A stretch of 64,000 bases of DNA, taken from assembly GCA_963709405.1 (NCBI GenBank), contig CAVPXM010000038.1:64001-128000 (forward strand), written 5' to 3'. The position numbers were made by a program, and so were the translations under genes. Shown in pieces: positions 10,970 to 23,318 of this stretch. Numbering within the stretch: position 1 is the first letter of the stretch; each line of letters starts with the position of its first letter. Source of the DNA: an uncultured Nitrososphaerales archaeon. GTDB lineage: Archaea > Thermoproteota > Nitrososphaeria > Nitrososphaerales > Nitrososphaeraceae. The notes beneath the pieces were generated by a model. That model was given only the letters and a program-made list of their open reading frames with translations, was not told the DNA's origin and did not search any database.

Positions 10970-11386
10970 ATGCCTAACCGAGAACAGATACACGAGGCTA
11001 CATTAAAAAATCGAGAGTATTGCAGTAGGATCCTTAAAATTTCACCCAAAATACGGTACGCCGCAGTTATGAATGAGTTTGGAAGGACTATCGCAGGACA
11101 ATTGCGCAAGGATGTGGTTCCCTTATTTACACCAGATGAGGCAAGAAATGAAAATTATATCGAAGCGACAAGAAATTGCTTAAGAAAGAATTTTGATAAA
11201 TCTATTGGTAAAACTAGCTTCACGTTCACTGAGAATGAAAAAGTAAAGATATTGGTGATCCATGGGGAGACTAATTTCTGCTATGTAACGTTGGATAAAG
11301 ATACGAAAATAACCGATGTGGAACCTATTGTCGATTCGACTAAAAAATTCATGTTTTCAAACAAAATCGATAGTAATTACACTTAG
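10970..11386 (+). CDS. DUF6659-like (roadblock/longin-type) protein
   Basis: 'CSRILKISPKIRYAAVMNEFGRTIAGQLRKDVVPL...FDKSIGK...EKVK' matches this Nitrososphaeria-expanded family. Confidence 0.75.
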   Translation: MPNREQIHEATLKNREYCSRILKISPKIRYAAVMNEFGRTIAGQLRKDVVPLFTPDEARNENYIEATRNCLRKNFDKSIGKTSFTFTENEKVKILVIHGETNFCYVTLDKDTKITDVEPIVDSTKKFMFSNKIDSNYT

Positions 11387-11451
11387 ACCTTGAAATTTAA
11401 GATGGATGATTAGAAATAGATCGTGTGTGAAAGCTCTGCGGAAGTAAATGG

Positions 11452-11904
11452 TTAGGCCAAGCATTTCAATTTTCTGATCAACTCCTTATCTCCGTAGATC
11501 GACGGATGATTTGGGTCAGCGAGGATTACCTCATACCATAAATATATCCCGTCCTTGTACAAATAATAAGAACCTAACACTTCCAAATTAGGAAACTTTT
11601 CATTAACTCGTCTTTCTGCAACTTTTTGCATACTTACTCCTTGTTTGATACGGACAACACCCATGTGTTTAGGTCTTCTACCTGATACAGGCCTTTTTTT
11701 TCTCATGCCTCCCCTTCCTACTCTTGCTCGGACCATTATCATTCCTTGTTTGGCTTTGTAGCCTAATTTCCTTGCTCTGTCTATCCTGCTTGGTTTTTCA
11801 ATTCTATTTATGGCTGGCTCGAGTCTCCACCCTATGGCTTTGGCTTTCACTTCAGAATTCAGTTTCCACATCTCTTTCCAAGTGTTGCCTATATGGGAGT
11901 ACAT
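11452..11904 (-). CDS. rpl15e: 50S ribosomal protein L15e
   Basis: 'RIDRARKLGYKAKQG...RVGRGG...GRRPK', 'AERRV...FPNLEVLGSY', 'WYEVILADPNHP'; start placed at MYSHIG. Confidence 0.97.
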   Translation of the reverse strand: MYSHIGNTWKEMWKLNSEVKAKAIGWRLEPAINRIEKPSRIDRARKLGYKAKQGMIMVRARVGRGGMRKKRPVSGRRPKHMGVVRIKQGVSMQKVAERRVNEKFPNLEVLGSYYLYKDGIYLWYEVILADPNHPSIYGDKELIRKLKCLA

Positions 11905-12131
11905 ATCTACTGGTTTGTTGGATCGGCCCTTTATATCTGTATATTTCCTATAGCTTAGTTCATTATGACCCAATGATGAGGAAATCATGATGCTAGTTCG
12001 CACATCGTGACGACTAACATAATTGGAGTTACCAAGATCATTTCATAACCAGTTACGGACTAACGATTAAAATGGAATAAAAATTACTATCGGCCAATGA
12101 TGCTGTATATTAGTAATCCTTAGGCTAGCTG

Positions 12132-13058
12132 TTACGTATGCATTATTTGAATAATTTTTTCTGCAATAACTGTAGAGGCTAGTTTCTGTGCCTCCGAGGT
12201 TTGGGCACCAATATGGGGCGTACACACTACATTCGGCAATTCAAAGAGCATTTTATTGACAGGAGGTTCGATCTCAAATACATCTAAAGCTGCCCCAGCT
12301 ATCTTGTGCTCTTTTAAGGCTTCATACAATGCGTTTTCGTCAATAACACCACCTCTTGAAGTATTGATGATGTAAGCAGTTGGCTTCATTCGAGCTAGAC
12401 GATTTGCATCGAACATATGTCTAGTTTGTGATGTAATGGGCACGTGACAGGTTATAAAATCAGAACTTTCGATTAATGTGTCGAGATCAGTCTTAATAAG
12501 TCCTACTTCTTTGACAAAATCTTGATTAATTGGATAAGTATCGTACCCAATTAGATTCATTCTTAACGCCTTTGCGATGCGTGCGGTATTTCTGCCTATA
12601 CTTCCGACCCCTACGATTCCCAAGTATTTGCCATTGAGCTCTGTTCCCATTAGATTCTTTTTTATCCAATTTCCTTTTCTCAATTCTGCGTCTGCGAAGG
12701 TGATATTGCGGCTAAGACACATCATAAAACCTATGACTAGTTCGGACACAGCGCTGATAGCGGCTTCTGGAGCATTAATTACGCGTATATTCTTCCCTTC
12801 CGCGGCTACTACATCTATATTATCCAACCCGACTCCAACTCGAGCAATTATCTTTGCTGATGTTGCGAGATTGATGATATCCTTGGTTAATCTAGTTCTA
12901 CTCCTAACAATTATTATATCATAATCACCGATGGAGGAAACTAGCTTCTCCGTCGTAATTTCAGGTTGATATGTTACCGTTAATCCTGCCCTTTTCAAAC
13001 TATAAATACCTGTTTGGTCAATTGCGTCACAAACAAGAACACTTCCAGTAGCTTGCAT
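12132..13058 (-). CDS. serA: D-3-phosphoglycerate dehydrogenase (D-2-hydroxyacid dehydrogenase family)
   Basis: 'RVGVGLDNID', 'GIVGVGSIG', 'INTSRG', 'ALDVFEIEP', 'TPHIGAQT'. Confidence 0.88.
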   Translation of the reverse strand: MQATGSVLVCDAIDQTGIYSLKRAGLTVTYQPEITTEKLVSSIGDYDIIIVRSRTRLTKDIINLATSAKIIARVGVGLDNIDVVAAEGKNIRVINAPEAAISAVSELVIGFMMCLSRNITFADAELRKGNWIKKNLMGTELNGKYLGIVGVGSIGRNTARIAKALRMNLIGYDTYPINQDFVKEVGLIKTDLDTLIESSDFITCHVPITSQTRHMFDANRLARMKPTAYIINTSRGGVIDENALYEALKEHKIAGAALDVFEIEPPVNKMLFELPNVVCTPHIGAQTSEAQKLASTVIAEKIIQIMHT

Positions 13059-13393
13059 ACAAAATTTGAAATTGAGGTGCATATATAACTATTGTGTACT
13101 AGATTTAATAGCCACTGAGCTTGAATTCGATAGAGGCTTAACCGAACAGTCTTATCCACTAACGAGCAGGATCGGCACTTTCAACTAAGGTTGGATAGTG
13201 GACCTTGATATTTATTTTCTGAAACGAATGGCAGATTATTTAACAAAAATCAAGAATAGGTTAATGGTGGAGTGTGAATCCCAGCATATAGTAGCTTGTC
13301 AATTCTGTACATCATCATTCATGGTTCACCATGTATAGAATTTTCCGCAGGTCTACCTAGTTGTTTATAGCTATAATCTGTGCGAACTAATTT

Positions 13394-13861
13394 TTGGCTA
13401 TTGAATCTAGTTACCATAGTGAAGATAGTTATCAACGACAAACTAAGGTGATCTCTAGAAATCTTTCGGTAGACCAGCATAATAGATATAATATATTAGC
13501 AAAATTTCTTTACAAAAATGGTCTAGTTGAAAATCATACTCCGTGTTCTATTCTACGAAATCATGTTAAGGAGCTATTGAGACATCATCATAATGAACTA
13601 GATGACTATATCGATAACACAGATTGTCTAAGTAATGGTAATTATTTTCATATATCTGGGCCTCCATCTTCATTATTATAAGAGCAGCAAAATAATCAAG
13701 TCAAAAAAGAAGAACAGGTACAACAACAATCTGAAGCTGAAATCGATGATGCGAAACAATTCGTAGACAATCTTATACTAGAAAGGATTATTTCTCGGTA
13801 CACTACAAAGAGGAATGATATCAACAATATATGTATGAAGAACGCCGACAAATGCATTTAA
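13394..13861 (+). pseudogene. Hypothetical protein with an in-frame TAA at 13679-13681; possible ribbon-helix-helix-like N-terminus
   Basis: The frame continues after the stop for 59 protein-like codons (EQQNNQVKKEEQ...DKCI*). Confidence 0.35.
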
Positions 13862-14248
13862 GAGCACATTCGTTACCATCAATACCGATATGATTGTACC
13901 AATTGGACAGATACTCCGTTCATAAGAGTAGATATGTAAGGCATATTTTCATATCATTAAGAGAATAAAAGATATCGCCCATTTGTCCAAAGCTAACTTG
14001 CTGAGAAATCGATAGTGATGTTAAGATTTATCTGTTAACTTGGCATATTATGTTCTCGCGATTCTATATCATAGCTTTACATGTTTTGATTTCTTTTGCG
14101 CATCTAAACAACATGATAATTTGTGCTAGGTACATTTCATATCATAGTTAATTTGAATATCCGTCCGTGCGTCAACTTTAGGTAACTTCTGAGTATCGAC
14201 TTGATAAATGGCCAGGATAGCAAGTTTTTATAGTAATAATTAACGATT

Positions 14249-14788
14249 ATGTCTATGCGCAGGCCAGATTGGGATGAATATTTTATGCTATATGCAGAGA
14301 TAGCAAAACTTCGTTCAAATTGCATTACTAGACATGTAGGTGCTGTAATTGTAAAAGAGAACAGACAGATTGCAACTGGCTATAACGGAACTCCCTCAGG
14401 CATTAAAAACTGTTTTGAAGGTGGATGTATAAGATGTAAAGAAAGAATTCAAGGAAAGATTAAATCGGGTGAACAATTAGACAGATGTTTATGTACCCAC
14501 GCAGAAGCCAATGCAATAATGCAGTGCGCATTATTTGGAAACGCAGGAAGTACTAGAAATGCTACTTTATATACTACTTATACACCATGCATAGAATGCA
14601 GCAAAATGGCTATAGGCGTAGGCATTACAAGAATAGTTGTACTTGGTAGCTATCCAGAAGATGTAACAAAATTGCTGAAAGAAACAAATATTCAACTGAT
14701 CCATCTAGATCGCAGTTATTTGAAGAGATGGATAACACTAATCGATCGAGACTCTGAGGTCTCCAGAGCTCTAACTAATCGAGTGTAA
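14249..14788 (+). CDS. dCMP deaminase family (CMP/dCMP deaminase, Zn-dependent)
   Basis: 'RPDWDEYFM', 'RSNC...VGAVIV', 'TGYNG', 'HAEANA', 'PCIEC'. Confidence 0.93.
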   Translation: MSMRRPDWDEYFMLYAEIAKLRSNCITRHVGAVIVKENRQIATGYNGTPSGIKNCFEGGCIRCKERIQGKIKSGEQLDRCLCTHAEANAIMQCALFGNAGSTRNATLYTTYTPCIECSKMAIGVGITRIVVLGSYPEDVTKLLKETNIQLIHLDRSYLKRWITLIDRDSEVSRALTNRV

Positions 14789-14888
14789 TACCAAAATCAA
14801 TAGGAGGCAGTAAAGATATGATGCTATTACGATTGAAGATATTCAAGAATAAGATTTTATTAGACATCAATAGGCTCTAATTGGAGTA

Positions 14889-15047
14889 ATGAGTAGCAGT
14901 AAATTCAATATCTCACTGACTGAATCGGAGTGGCAAGTCGTACTAAACGCTTTGAGTAACACAATATTTAACGAAGAGCTAACTGATGAAGCGCGAAGAA
15001 GTGCGAAGGAATTGTTTCTTAAACTACAAAAGCATCTTGACATTTAA
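14889..15047 (+). CDS. Small protein (52 aa) below the ORF-track cutoff
   Basis: MSSSKFNISLTESEWQVVLNALSNTIFNEELTDEARRSAKELFLKLQKHLDI*; TTTTAT about 30 nt upstream. Confidence 0.65.
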   Translation: MSSSKFNISLTESEWQVVLNALSNTIFNEELTDEARRSAKELFLKLQKHLDI

Positions 15048-15239
15048 ATCTACTAGAAGAAATTCGTAATTGACACGTAGTAAAGATTCGTGTAATGAGT
15101 TTATAGTGTTTAATTTAGGTTCAATTCAGAATACTGTGTTTATTGGTATACAATACAATTTTTGACTTATTTGCAATTTTATAAAATTGAGAATCCTCTT
15201 AAATATTATGCAATTCTTGCCCAAAAATCTGGGCCTACT

Positions 15240-16112
15240 TCATCCTTTATTTATTCCAGATCTAGCTTTGTGAATTGTGTCTAATATCACATCTACATCT
15301 TCTGCCTCAGGATCTAGTTCCAGATACAAGTTCAACATTTCCAGCGCCTGTTCTGGCCTTTGTTTCTTTAATAGTAAAATTCCCTTATCTCTTACTGCAT
15401 TTGGATTATATTTATCAAGGGCTAGTATCATTTCATTTGCAATTTCCGTATTACTCAGATCTTGAGACTCGTAATAACAAGTCTTTAGATTATTTAGAAT
15501 CCGTACCATAACTTGAGTCGCTGTCGCATTTCGAACAAAATCCTTAGTAAGAGGAATATTCTGGTTGGGATAAAATTGATCCAAAAGTTGCTTCAACGTA
15601 TAATCATCCATTATCCTTCCCTCATTATATGGATCTATAATTATTTCGCCATTATCACCTTCCAAAATGTGTTTAACTAAAAAATGTGCTGGAAAGCTAA
15701 CTGGATATAGTTTAAAATCCAGAGAGTAAGCAATACGCATATACAATATCGATAATGTAATTGGGATCCCCAGTCTCCGTTCTAAAACAACATTGAGAAA
15801 ATTATTTGATGGATTGAAATAGTCATGTACGTTCCCTCTGAACCCCAAAATTTTGAATAGGTAATTATTGATCTCTTCAATTATCTGTGTTGGTCTAAGA
15901 GGCATACGGTTTTTTAGAGATATTTGAAGTTCTTTTCCTATAGAATCTAAACTATCTAATACATTGTTTACTTGCAACTTTGGATACGCCAAGATTCTTG
16001 ATAAATGAAGTGCGTATAACGCCAAGTTAGCGGTACTGTCAGAGGCCGAAATTGAATTGACTACGCTAATGGTCCAGTCTTCAATAATATCACGTAGATC
16101 ATGAATCGGCAA
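15240..16112 (-). CDS. SirB1/YchA-like transglutaminase-like protein with C-terminal TPR
   Basis: 'GFRGNVHDYFNPSNNFLNVVLERRLGIPITLSILY', 'FPAHFLVK', 'IDPYNEG', 'RILNNLK', TPR helices. Confidence 0.9.
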   Translation of the reverse strand: MPIHDLRDIIEDWTISVVNSISASDSTANLALYALHLSRILAYPKLQVNNVLDSLDSIGKELQISLKNRMPLRPTQIIEEINNYLFKILGFRGNVHDYFNPSNNFLNVVLERRLGIPITLSILYMRIAYSLDFKLYPVSFPAHFLVKHILEGDNGEIIIDPYNEGRIMDDYTLKQLLDQFYPNQNIPLTKDFVRNATATQVMVRILNNLKTCYYESQDLSNTEIANEMILALDKYNPNAVRDKGILLLKKQRPEQALEMLNLYLELDPEAEDVDVILDTIHKARSGINKG

Positions 16113-16422
16113 TGTGTTTATTGACGAGTTTACCTACTTATAATTTTCACGTGGTTACTTTCCCCGTTCAACGAATCATCATGCTATAATGTTTTCAATA
16201 ACATAAAACAAAATTTAATGTAATGCTCTTCATATCTTATATATTGACTTAAGTATCACTAATTTTACTAGGACTGAAAATTTTGTAGGCCCATAATATT
16301 GGTTTGTAAATTTCCATGGTAACCGTATAGTACCGGCTTATTAGTATCAGCCAAAACCAAATGAAATAGATTCATCAATAGCAAAGTCACATACGATAAA
16401 ATCATGTGGTGATAGATATAAG

Positions 16423-17692
<1,270 letters not shown>

Positions 17693-18389
17693 TAGATTTT
17701 AGTTAATCTATTATTTTATATGCAGTGAGAAAGAGAAATACAGTACTGTCTTCCTTCATCTGGACAACGGGCAAATTGCCTGATTAATTATCTAAACAAT
17801 TTAAAGAGATTATTATGATGACTAAGGCTGACATGATCTTCGATTTGTGGAGATTTTCAAGAATTTAAATATAGTAACTAAGATTTTGATTTAATTATTC
17901 TAATCCAGAAATAACAAAACCCGTTTTCGAAATGCCTTATTGTCTTAACCTAATCGGTGCTTTTCTATTCCCACACACGGACTGTGTTTTGTATATCTTC
18001 GAAGGTTATCAGCCTCAAATTAATTGCAAGGAATGAAATTTTGGTATCCATTCCTCTAAAAGAGCATCTTAACCGCTTTCATATACCCATTCATATTCTT
18101 GCACATTCGGTCCTTGGGTTGTTTATCCAATCTCTTGACCGCCTTTATGCAGGTATTTGCGTTTTGTCTTCATTCGTATTCTTATATTCTATATACTAAA
18201 CGATTCTTATATCAGATCTACGTTAATGTGTCATACTCATTATCTTTGGCTATTTTGTATGATATTCATTGCGGTATGTTGGCTATCGAGGTTGCTATTG
18301 AAAGGAGTCCATTTTAACTATGCTTAATTAATATTTCTTATTGCATAGGATCATCGTACTGAAATAATTTTATCTTATCCTCATATCGA

Positions 18390-19979
18390 TCATAATTTTG
18401 ATATCGCATTTATGTCAAAGTCAAGAATTTTGGTACACAGAGCTCTGATCTTTGAATCCTTAAGTACTTCCTTAATAAACTCATCCGCTACTATTATGAC
18501 TTCGTTGAAATTATTCTTGCTCAAAAATTTTTCTAGCGACACCTTAAATGTCGGATAATCCTCAATTTGCGGTTTTACGGGATGGTTCTTGACATATAAA
18601 ATGTGGGCGGCTGGAAATATATCAGAAATTTCTGCTGGAATTACTCCCAGAAAGCGATTGTATGTACAAACCTGTGCATCTGGTAATCTCTTCGCTATTC
18701 GAAAATATTGCAGGGTAGTGTAAAATGGATGAATATCTGATTCTGGATACAGTACCAATTTTTGTTTGGTATTCACTGATTTAAAATCTGTCACCATTCT
18801 TCTAAACCGCTCTGCTTCTGGTCTGTACTGATCTAGTGGTTCGTACATGAACATGGCCTTTTTCTTAAATTTAGGAGTACCGTCTTTTATAAGAGGTAAA
18901 TCTTTTAATATATATAGTGCCTCCATTAGCTTCGGATGAGCGTGGGCTTTATCTATTACATATTCCCACAGTCTGCCATCAATAATTGCTTGTTTTACTG
19001 CTGAAACCTCAGTTTTGATAACATGGAGATTATGCATTCCTAATTCTATTGTTCTTTGCTCCTTACTCATTTGTAATAGCTCCTTAGTTTTGAAGCTACT
19101 GCACACTGAACATGAACAAGGAAAATAAGAAAGATCCCGTAACCTATGGGTCCCATTTGCGTGCATATAGCGATCCTCCTTAGCGTATAGAATATAGGAT
19201 GCAGAGTCAAACGTATCGCATCCTAATGCAACAATTAGCGGAATAGTAATAGGATGCCCAGCACCAAACAGATGAAATGGTTTAGCAGGTACCGAGCTTT
19301 TGGCAGATACTATCATTTCAGCTAATACTGAAAATTCATACCTCTCCATTACCTCTACTGGACTTCCAATCGCCATGATTTCAAAGCCCATTTTATCTAA
19401 CGATTCTGCAGAATATTTCACCAAATCAGAATGTTCTGCCCCTTGAACAGGTCCGACCCAGACTGGTTCTGTTGTACAATTTCGTTCTTGACTTTTGTTA
19501 TTATATATGATTGAAGGTCCAGCCCTTACTAGTTCAAGGGTTTCTCTTGCATTCTTGAGCGTGTCCTCTACGAAACGTCGAGCCTTTGAATGACTTAGTC
19601 CAAAACCAGTGGGTTTATCTAATGGTACAGGTATATCGCTTTTGATTTCAATTTCAAATTGCGCAATTGTCTTAGGATCTACATTGATCTGACCGTATTC
19701 TAGTACTTGATATCCACCTGAATCAGTCATTACAATACAATCGCTGTCTATGATTTTGTGGATCCCTTTTTTTCTGGCCTCATCTCCAAAATGCCTCAAC
19801 GCAAAATATGCATTTGTTATTACTGCATCGAAACCCATTTTTCTTAGAGTTCGTGGACTGATGCTTTGCCTTACTGGATGTACCACTGGGATGAATGCTG
19901 GCGTTTCTAAAATACCGTGAGGTGTGTCAAGTTTTCCAATGCGTCCCGCTAGGTCAGAATATCTGACCTCAAATGACAA
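18390..19979 (-). CDS. tgtA: tRNA-guanine(15) transglycosylase (archaeosine pathway)
   Basis: 'GRIGKLDTPHGILETPAFIPV', 'MTDSGGYQ', 'HLFGAGHP', 'DTFDSASY', Zn site CSCSVC...HN. Confidence 0.95.
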   Translation of the reverse strand: MSFEVRYSDLAGRIGKLDTPHGILETPAFIPVVHPVRQSISPRTLRKMGFDAVITNAYFALRHFGDEARKKGIHKIIDSDCIVMTDSGGYQVLEYGQINVDPKTIAQFEIEIKSDIPVPLDKPTGFGLSHSKARRFVEDTLKNARETLELVRAGPSIIYNNKSQERNCTTEPVWVGPVQGAEHSDLVKYSAESLDKMGFEIMAIGSPVEVMERYEFSVLAEMIVSAKSSVPAKPFHLFGAGHPITIPLIVALGCDTFDSASYILYAKEDRYMHANGTHRLRDLSYFPCSCSVCSSFKTKELLQMSKEQRTIELGMHNLHVIKTEVSAVKQAIIDGRLWEYVIDKAHAHPKLMEALYILKDLPLIKDGTPKFKKKAMFMYEPLDQYRPEAERFRRMVTDFKSVNTKQKLVLYPESDIHPFYTTLQYFRIAKRLPDAQVCTYNRFLGVIPAEISDIFPAAHILYVKNHPVKPQIEDYPTFKVSLEKFLSKNNFNEVIIVADEFIKEVLKDSKIRALCTKILDFDINAISKL

Positions 19980-19981
19980 AT

Positions 19982-20395
19982 TTATTTTTTGGTCTCCCTT
20001 ACAAATTCATCGTATATGGCCCTTACTCTGTCTGCGGCTAAACCAGAGCCCTCTTGGATTCCAGTTTCTGTAACTTTGATCTTTTCCATTACAATAATCG
20101 CACCTACATCCTCTCTGATTTTTACTAGACCAGGAAACACCCTTGATAATCTATCCGATAGAGCTTTATAATCAAAAGGCTTTTCCATCAATTTTATTTC
20201 TTTAACAAATGACCCATTAACTATCATTTTGAGTATACCTTGACCCTCGACATTATCAAGAACTACGTCAAGTTTTTCATCTATGCCCGTTAAAGTTCCA
20301 TTATAAATTTTCTGATCTGAGGTTTCGATAGACACTTTCTTACCCAGAAATTGAATCGTTTCCTCCCCAAACTTGCGTAAAAATACTGCCGACAT
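19982..20395 (-). CDS. Lsm/Sm-like RNA-binding protein with C-terminal extension (SmAP3-type)
   Basis: Sm1 'KKVSIETSDQKIYNGTLTGIDEKLDVVLDNV', Sm2 'IVNGSFVKEI', plus a C-terminal domain; start at MSAVF. Confidence 0.88.
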   Translation of the reverse strand: MSAVFLRKFGEETIQFLGKKVSIETSDQKIYNGTLTGIDEKLDVVLDNVEGQGILKMIVNGSFVKEIKLMEKPFDYKALSDRLSRVFPGLVKIREDVGAIIVMEKIKVTETGIQEGSGLAADRVRAIYDEFVRETKK

Positions 20396-20552
20396 AATGA
20401 TTCCATGGTGGTAATGTCTTTCTGTAATATATTTGAATTTCATCATATACATTGGTCGATTTGATTTGGCTAGCGCATACCAATGCGCTAACATTTTCTC
20501 GCAAGGATAGTGCGGCTAAATCTACCAAGAAATCAGTGTTCAATTACTCAAT

Positions 20553-21153
20553 TCACAATTGCAAAAACTTAGCCATATCGCCCTTTTTACGTATTAGTGA
20601 TATCCAATCTGTTATTCCTATATTTCGCTTACGATTTTTCCGAAGTGTGGATATGATTATGTCTGCAACTTTCTGAAGCGATTTTTCACTTGTGTCAATT
20701 TCTGTAGTCTTCGCTACTCCGAAAACCTTCAAAGTATCAGAAAGACAAATGTCGAGAATCTCACTAACGACATTATCATTGATCTTCTTAGTTGTGTACC
20801 CTCTCTCCGCTAACGTGCTTGATAAGTGATACGGAGATCGTCTGAGAACTGCAACAAGACTTACTTTTCTAGGATTCACCACATATGGAGCTAGATGGCC
20901 AATGATTATGCATCTATCTTTTGATTCCGATTCATCTTCAATGAATCTAGTCAATTTCTTGATATTGACCTCATCTGTCGTTTCACCCTTGACATTTTTT
21001 AAGAAAGCACCATGTCCAAATGCAACCTTATTAATATCAATGATTTCAGATCCCCTTAGTTTTTTAGCAACAAGCAGTGCAGCAGAATGCTTTCCGACGC
21101 CAGGTGTTCCAGTGATGACCAGCCTATATCGTTTACAGATTTTTACTCCCCAT
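20553..21153 (-). CDS. Adenylate kinase, AK6/Fap7 type; the ATG is out of frame by one base in a G4 run
   Basis: The frame extends upstream of the called ORF to 'RLVITGTPGVGKHS' (P-loop) and contains 'IIGHL', 'RGY..KKINDNVVSE'; ATG at 21153 joins if one C of 21148-21151 is removed. Confidence 0.85.
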
Positions 21154-21706
21154 CCGAACTATAGAAATTTAGTTCCTACAGTTATTTGTTATTTGTCATA
21201 TAGTGTAAATGATACATTTTTTGGTGCTATCTATTTGGATTATAATTACGCAATTGTTACATAATTATTATATAATTTGTCGCTTGGTATCTGAAGGAGC
21301 TGCTGAATAAAAATAACCCAATAAATTTCATGATTTTGAATTCTGGTTGAGTAGTTGTATATCTATAATCAGTTGTCACAATAGTCGAGGCTTCCATTTC
21401 TAATGCAATGCAAAGGATATATCACTTACACTCGATTAGATTACATAGAAATTGCGCTCAATGTACATAAGGTCAGCTAATTATGAAAGCACTTCAGGTA
21501 GGTATGCAAATCCAGACGTATCCAGAAACACTGATGTAGCTACACTTTCGTTTTCATGGATAAAAAATACGCAAGACTACTGTATTTATCCCGATCGCAA
21601 TTTGCGATGAGACTCCAGAATAAGATGCGGAAGAAATGGCGAGAGTAAATGTTACCGTGCTCAATCTTGATAACCAAGTGAAGGCAATTTATCCAATAGA
21701 ATTTCG

Positions 21707-22389
21707 GGCTCTGTAAAGTTAAGGAAAAATCTATAGCTTTATGACTCCGATATAGGTTATGATGTGTCAAATAAGAAAGAGAACAGAACCTGAGGATATA
21801 GCATATTCTCTGTATCTGTATTTCCTTGGTCTTTCATTAAGAAATACTTCCAAAGCTGTGTCTAGATTTGTTAAAAGAAGTCATACTGCAATCAGAGACT
21901 GGATTCAAAAATATAAACCAGAGATGTTAAGTTCCAGAAAGATAGATACGTATTACTGAATTTATAATTGATGAAACTATCATTAAAGTTGGTTCCGAAT
22001 ATATCTGGTTATGGATAGCCATTGAAAACGATAACCGAGAAATCCTTCAAATAAGCATATCAAAGAAAGAGAGAAACATGTTTGTTGCAGAACGTTTTAT
22101 ATTAAACCTTGTAAAAAGATATGGAGAACATCCTGTTTTCGACAGATGGAGGTACATGGTATCAAGCACAGGCTTGTAGATTCTTGAGACTGCACCATCA
22201 CATCCATTCTCCATATGAGAAAAGTATCATAGAAAGGACGGTACAATACATCAAAGATAGAACGGAATAGTTTCGGTAATTATTTTCATTGTAGAATAAA
22301 GTAAGTGTAAATTGCAACACATACAAAAATGGTTGGATCTATTTGTTAGTCATCATAACAATAATTTGTTATCTTAACTTTACAGAGCC
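21707..22389 (+). mobile_element. IS6-family insertion sequence (copy 2); transposase pseudogene
   Basis: Perfect 17-bp TIR GGCTCTGTAAAGTTAAG at both ends; perfect 8-bp TSD GAATTTCG (21699-21706, 22390-22397); frameshifted motifs IDETIIKVG, DGGTWY, IIERTVQYIKDR. Confidence 0.95.
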
Positions 22390-22482
22390 GAATTTCGTAA
22401 TATAACGTCTAATAACGAAGATGCTTTAAATAACAAAAAAGATGATTGTGAAGCTTTTATGTTGTATAGTTATTTTGTCTAC

Positions 22483-22776
22483 TTAGCCTTCTTCCCAACC
22501 TTTATCGAATACACCATTCTTATGTAGAGGCACCGGTTGTCCTGCGGTATATTCCATTGGTCTCATCCAGAATATTGCGTGTGTTGGGCATACGCCGATA
22601 CATGCTCCATCAGATATACATCTTTCTGGGTAAAAGATGAACGCTTTACCTCTCTTCCATCCTTCGACAGGTTTTACTCTAAGAACATCGGGACCAAGAG
22701 CGGTGCAAATCTCCACACAGAGAGCACAGCCTATACATCTTTGTTCATCAACGTCTGGAATTATAGCAATTGGCAT
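22483..22776 (-). CDS. 4Fe-4S dicluster-type ferredoxin
   Basis: 'CIGCALCVEIC' and 'CISDGACIGVCP'; TTTAAA about 35-40 nt upstream. Confidence 0.93.
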   Translation of the reverse strand: MPIAIIPDVDEQRCIGCALCVEICTALGPDVLRVKPVEGWKRGKAFIFYPERCISDGACIGVCPTHAIFWMRPMEYTAGQPVPLHKNGVFDKGWEEG

Positions 22777-22938
22777 TTTTAATTCACTAAATCTGCATAC
22801 GTTCGAAACTATTTAAACCCTATGCCACTTGCAAAACAGCGTTATAATAGACAATCTTTAAAATTTTTGCAGCAAAATATTCGTTGGATCAATTATTAGA
22901 AGATCAATTTGCAACTAAAAAGAATAGAAAGTGATCAT

Positions 22939-23160
22939 TTACTTCTTAGTCATTCTCAGGACATCCACCTGTCCACTGTGCAACCAATCCTTTAACTCTT
23001 CATGACTAGGCTTCGCATCATGTTTCCCTGCTAAATGGAGATGTAGAAGAACATAGTTAACTTGATTAAGCAACGGTTTGTTCTGTTCATCGCCTTTTCG
23101 ACTTTTAGTTCTGAGATCGTCAGGAACGGTAGCCCACCAATCTTCGAATTTTCGAACCAT
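22939..23160 (-). CDS. Conserved small thaumarchaeal protein (73 aa)
   Basis: 'FEDWWATVP...NKPLLNQVNYVLLHLHL.GKHD.KPSHEELKDWLHSGQVDV' resembles a conserved AOA protein (from recall). Confidence 0.75.
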   Translation of the reverse strand: MVRKFEDWWATVPDDLRTKSRKGDEQNKPLLNQVNYVLLHLHLAGKHDAKPSHEELKDWLHSGQVDVLRMTKK

Positions 23161-23318
23161 ATCTCAAATTTATGGCCGAAGTTAATAAGCCTTTTGGGTT
23201 TTCGCCAGATCGTCCTAACGGAGCAACGTAACAAGAAATCGTGCTTCAAGTTCTACCTTGTGTTCGAACTCCAGTAACACAATAGGACTAAATGCAGGTC
23301 TTTGGAAAAAGATTATAA

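Noticed and set aside
17957-18317. Two short plus-strand ORFs upstream of the dehydrogenase
   Set aside because: Composition is unlike real proteins, with no motifs or promoter support
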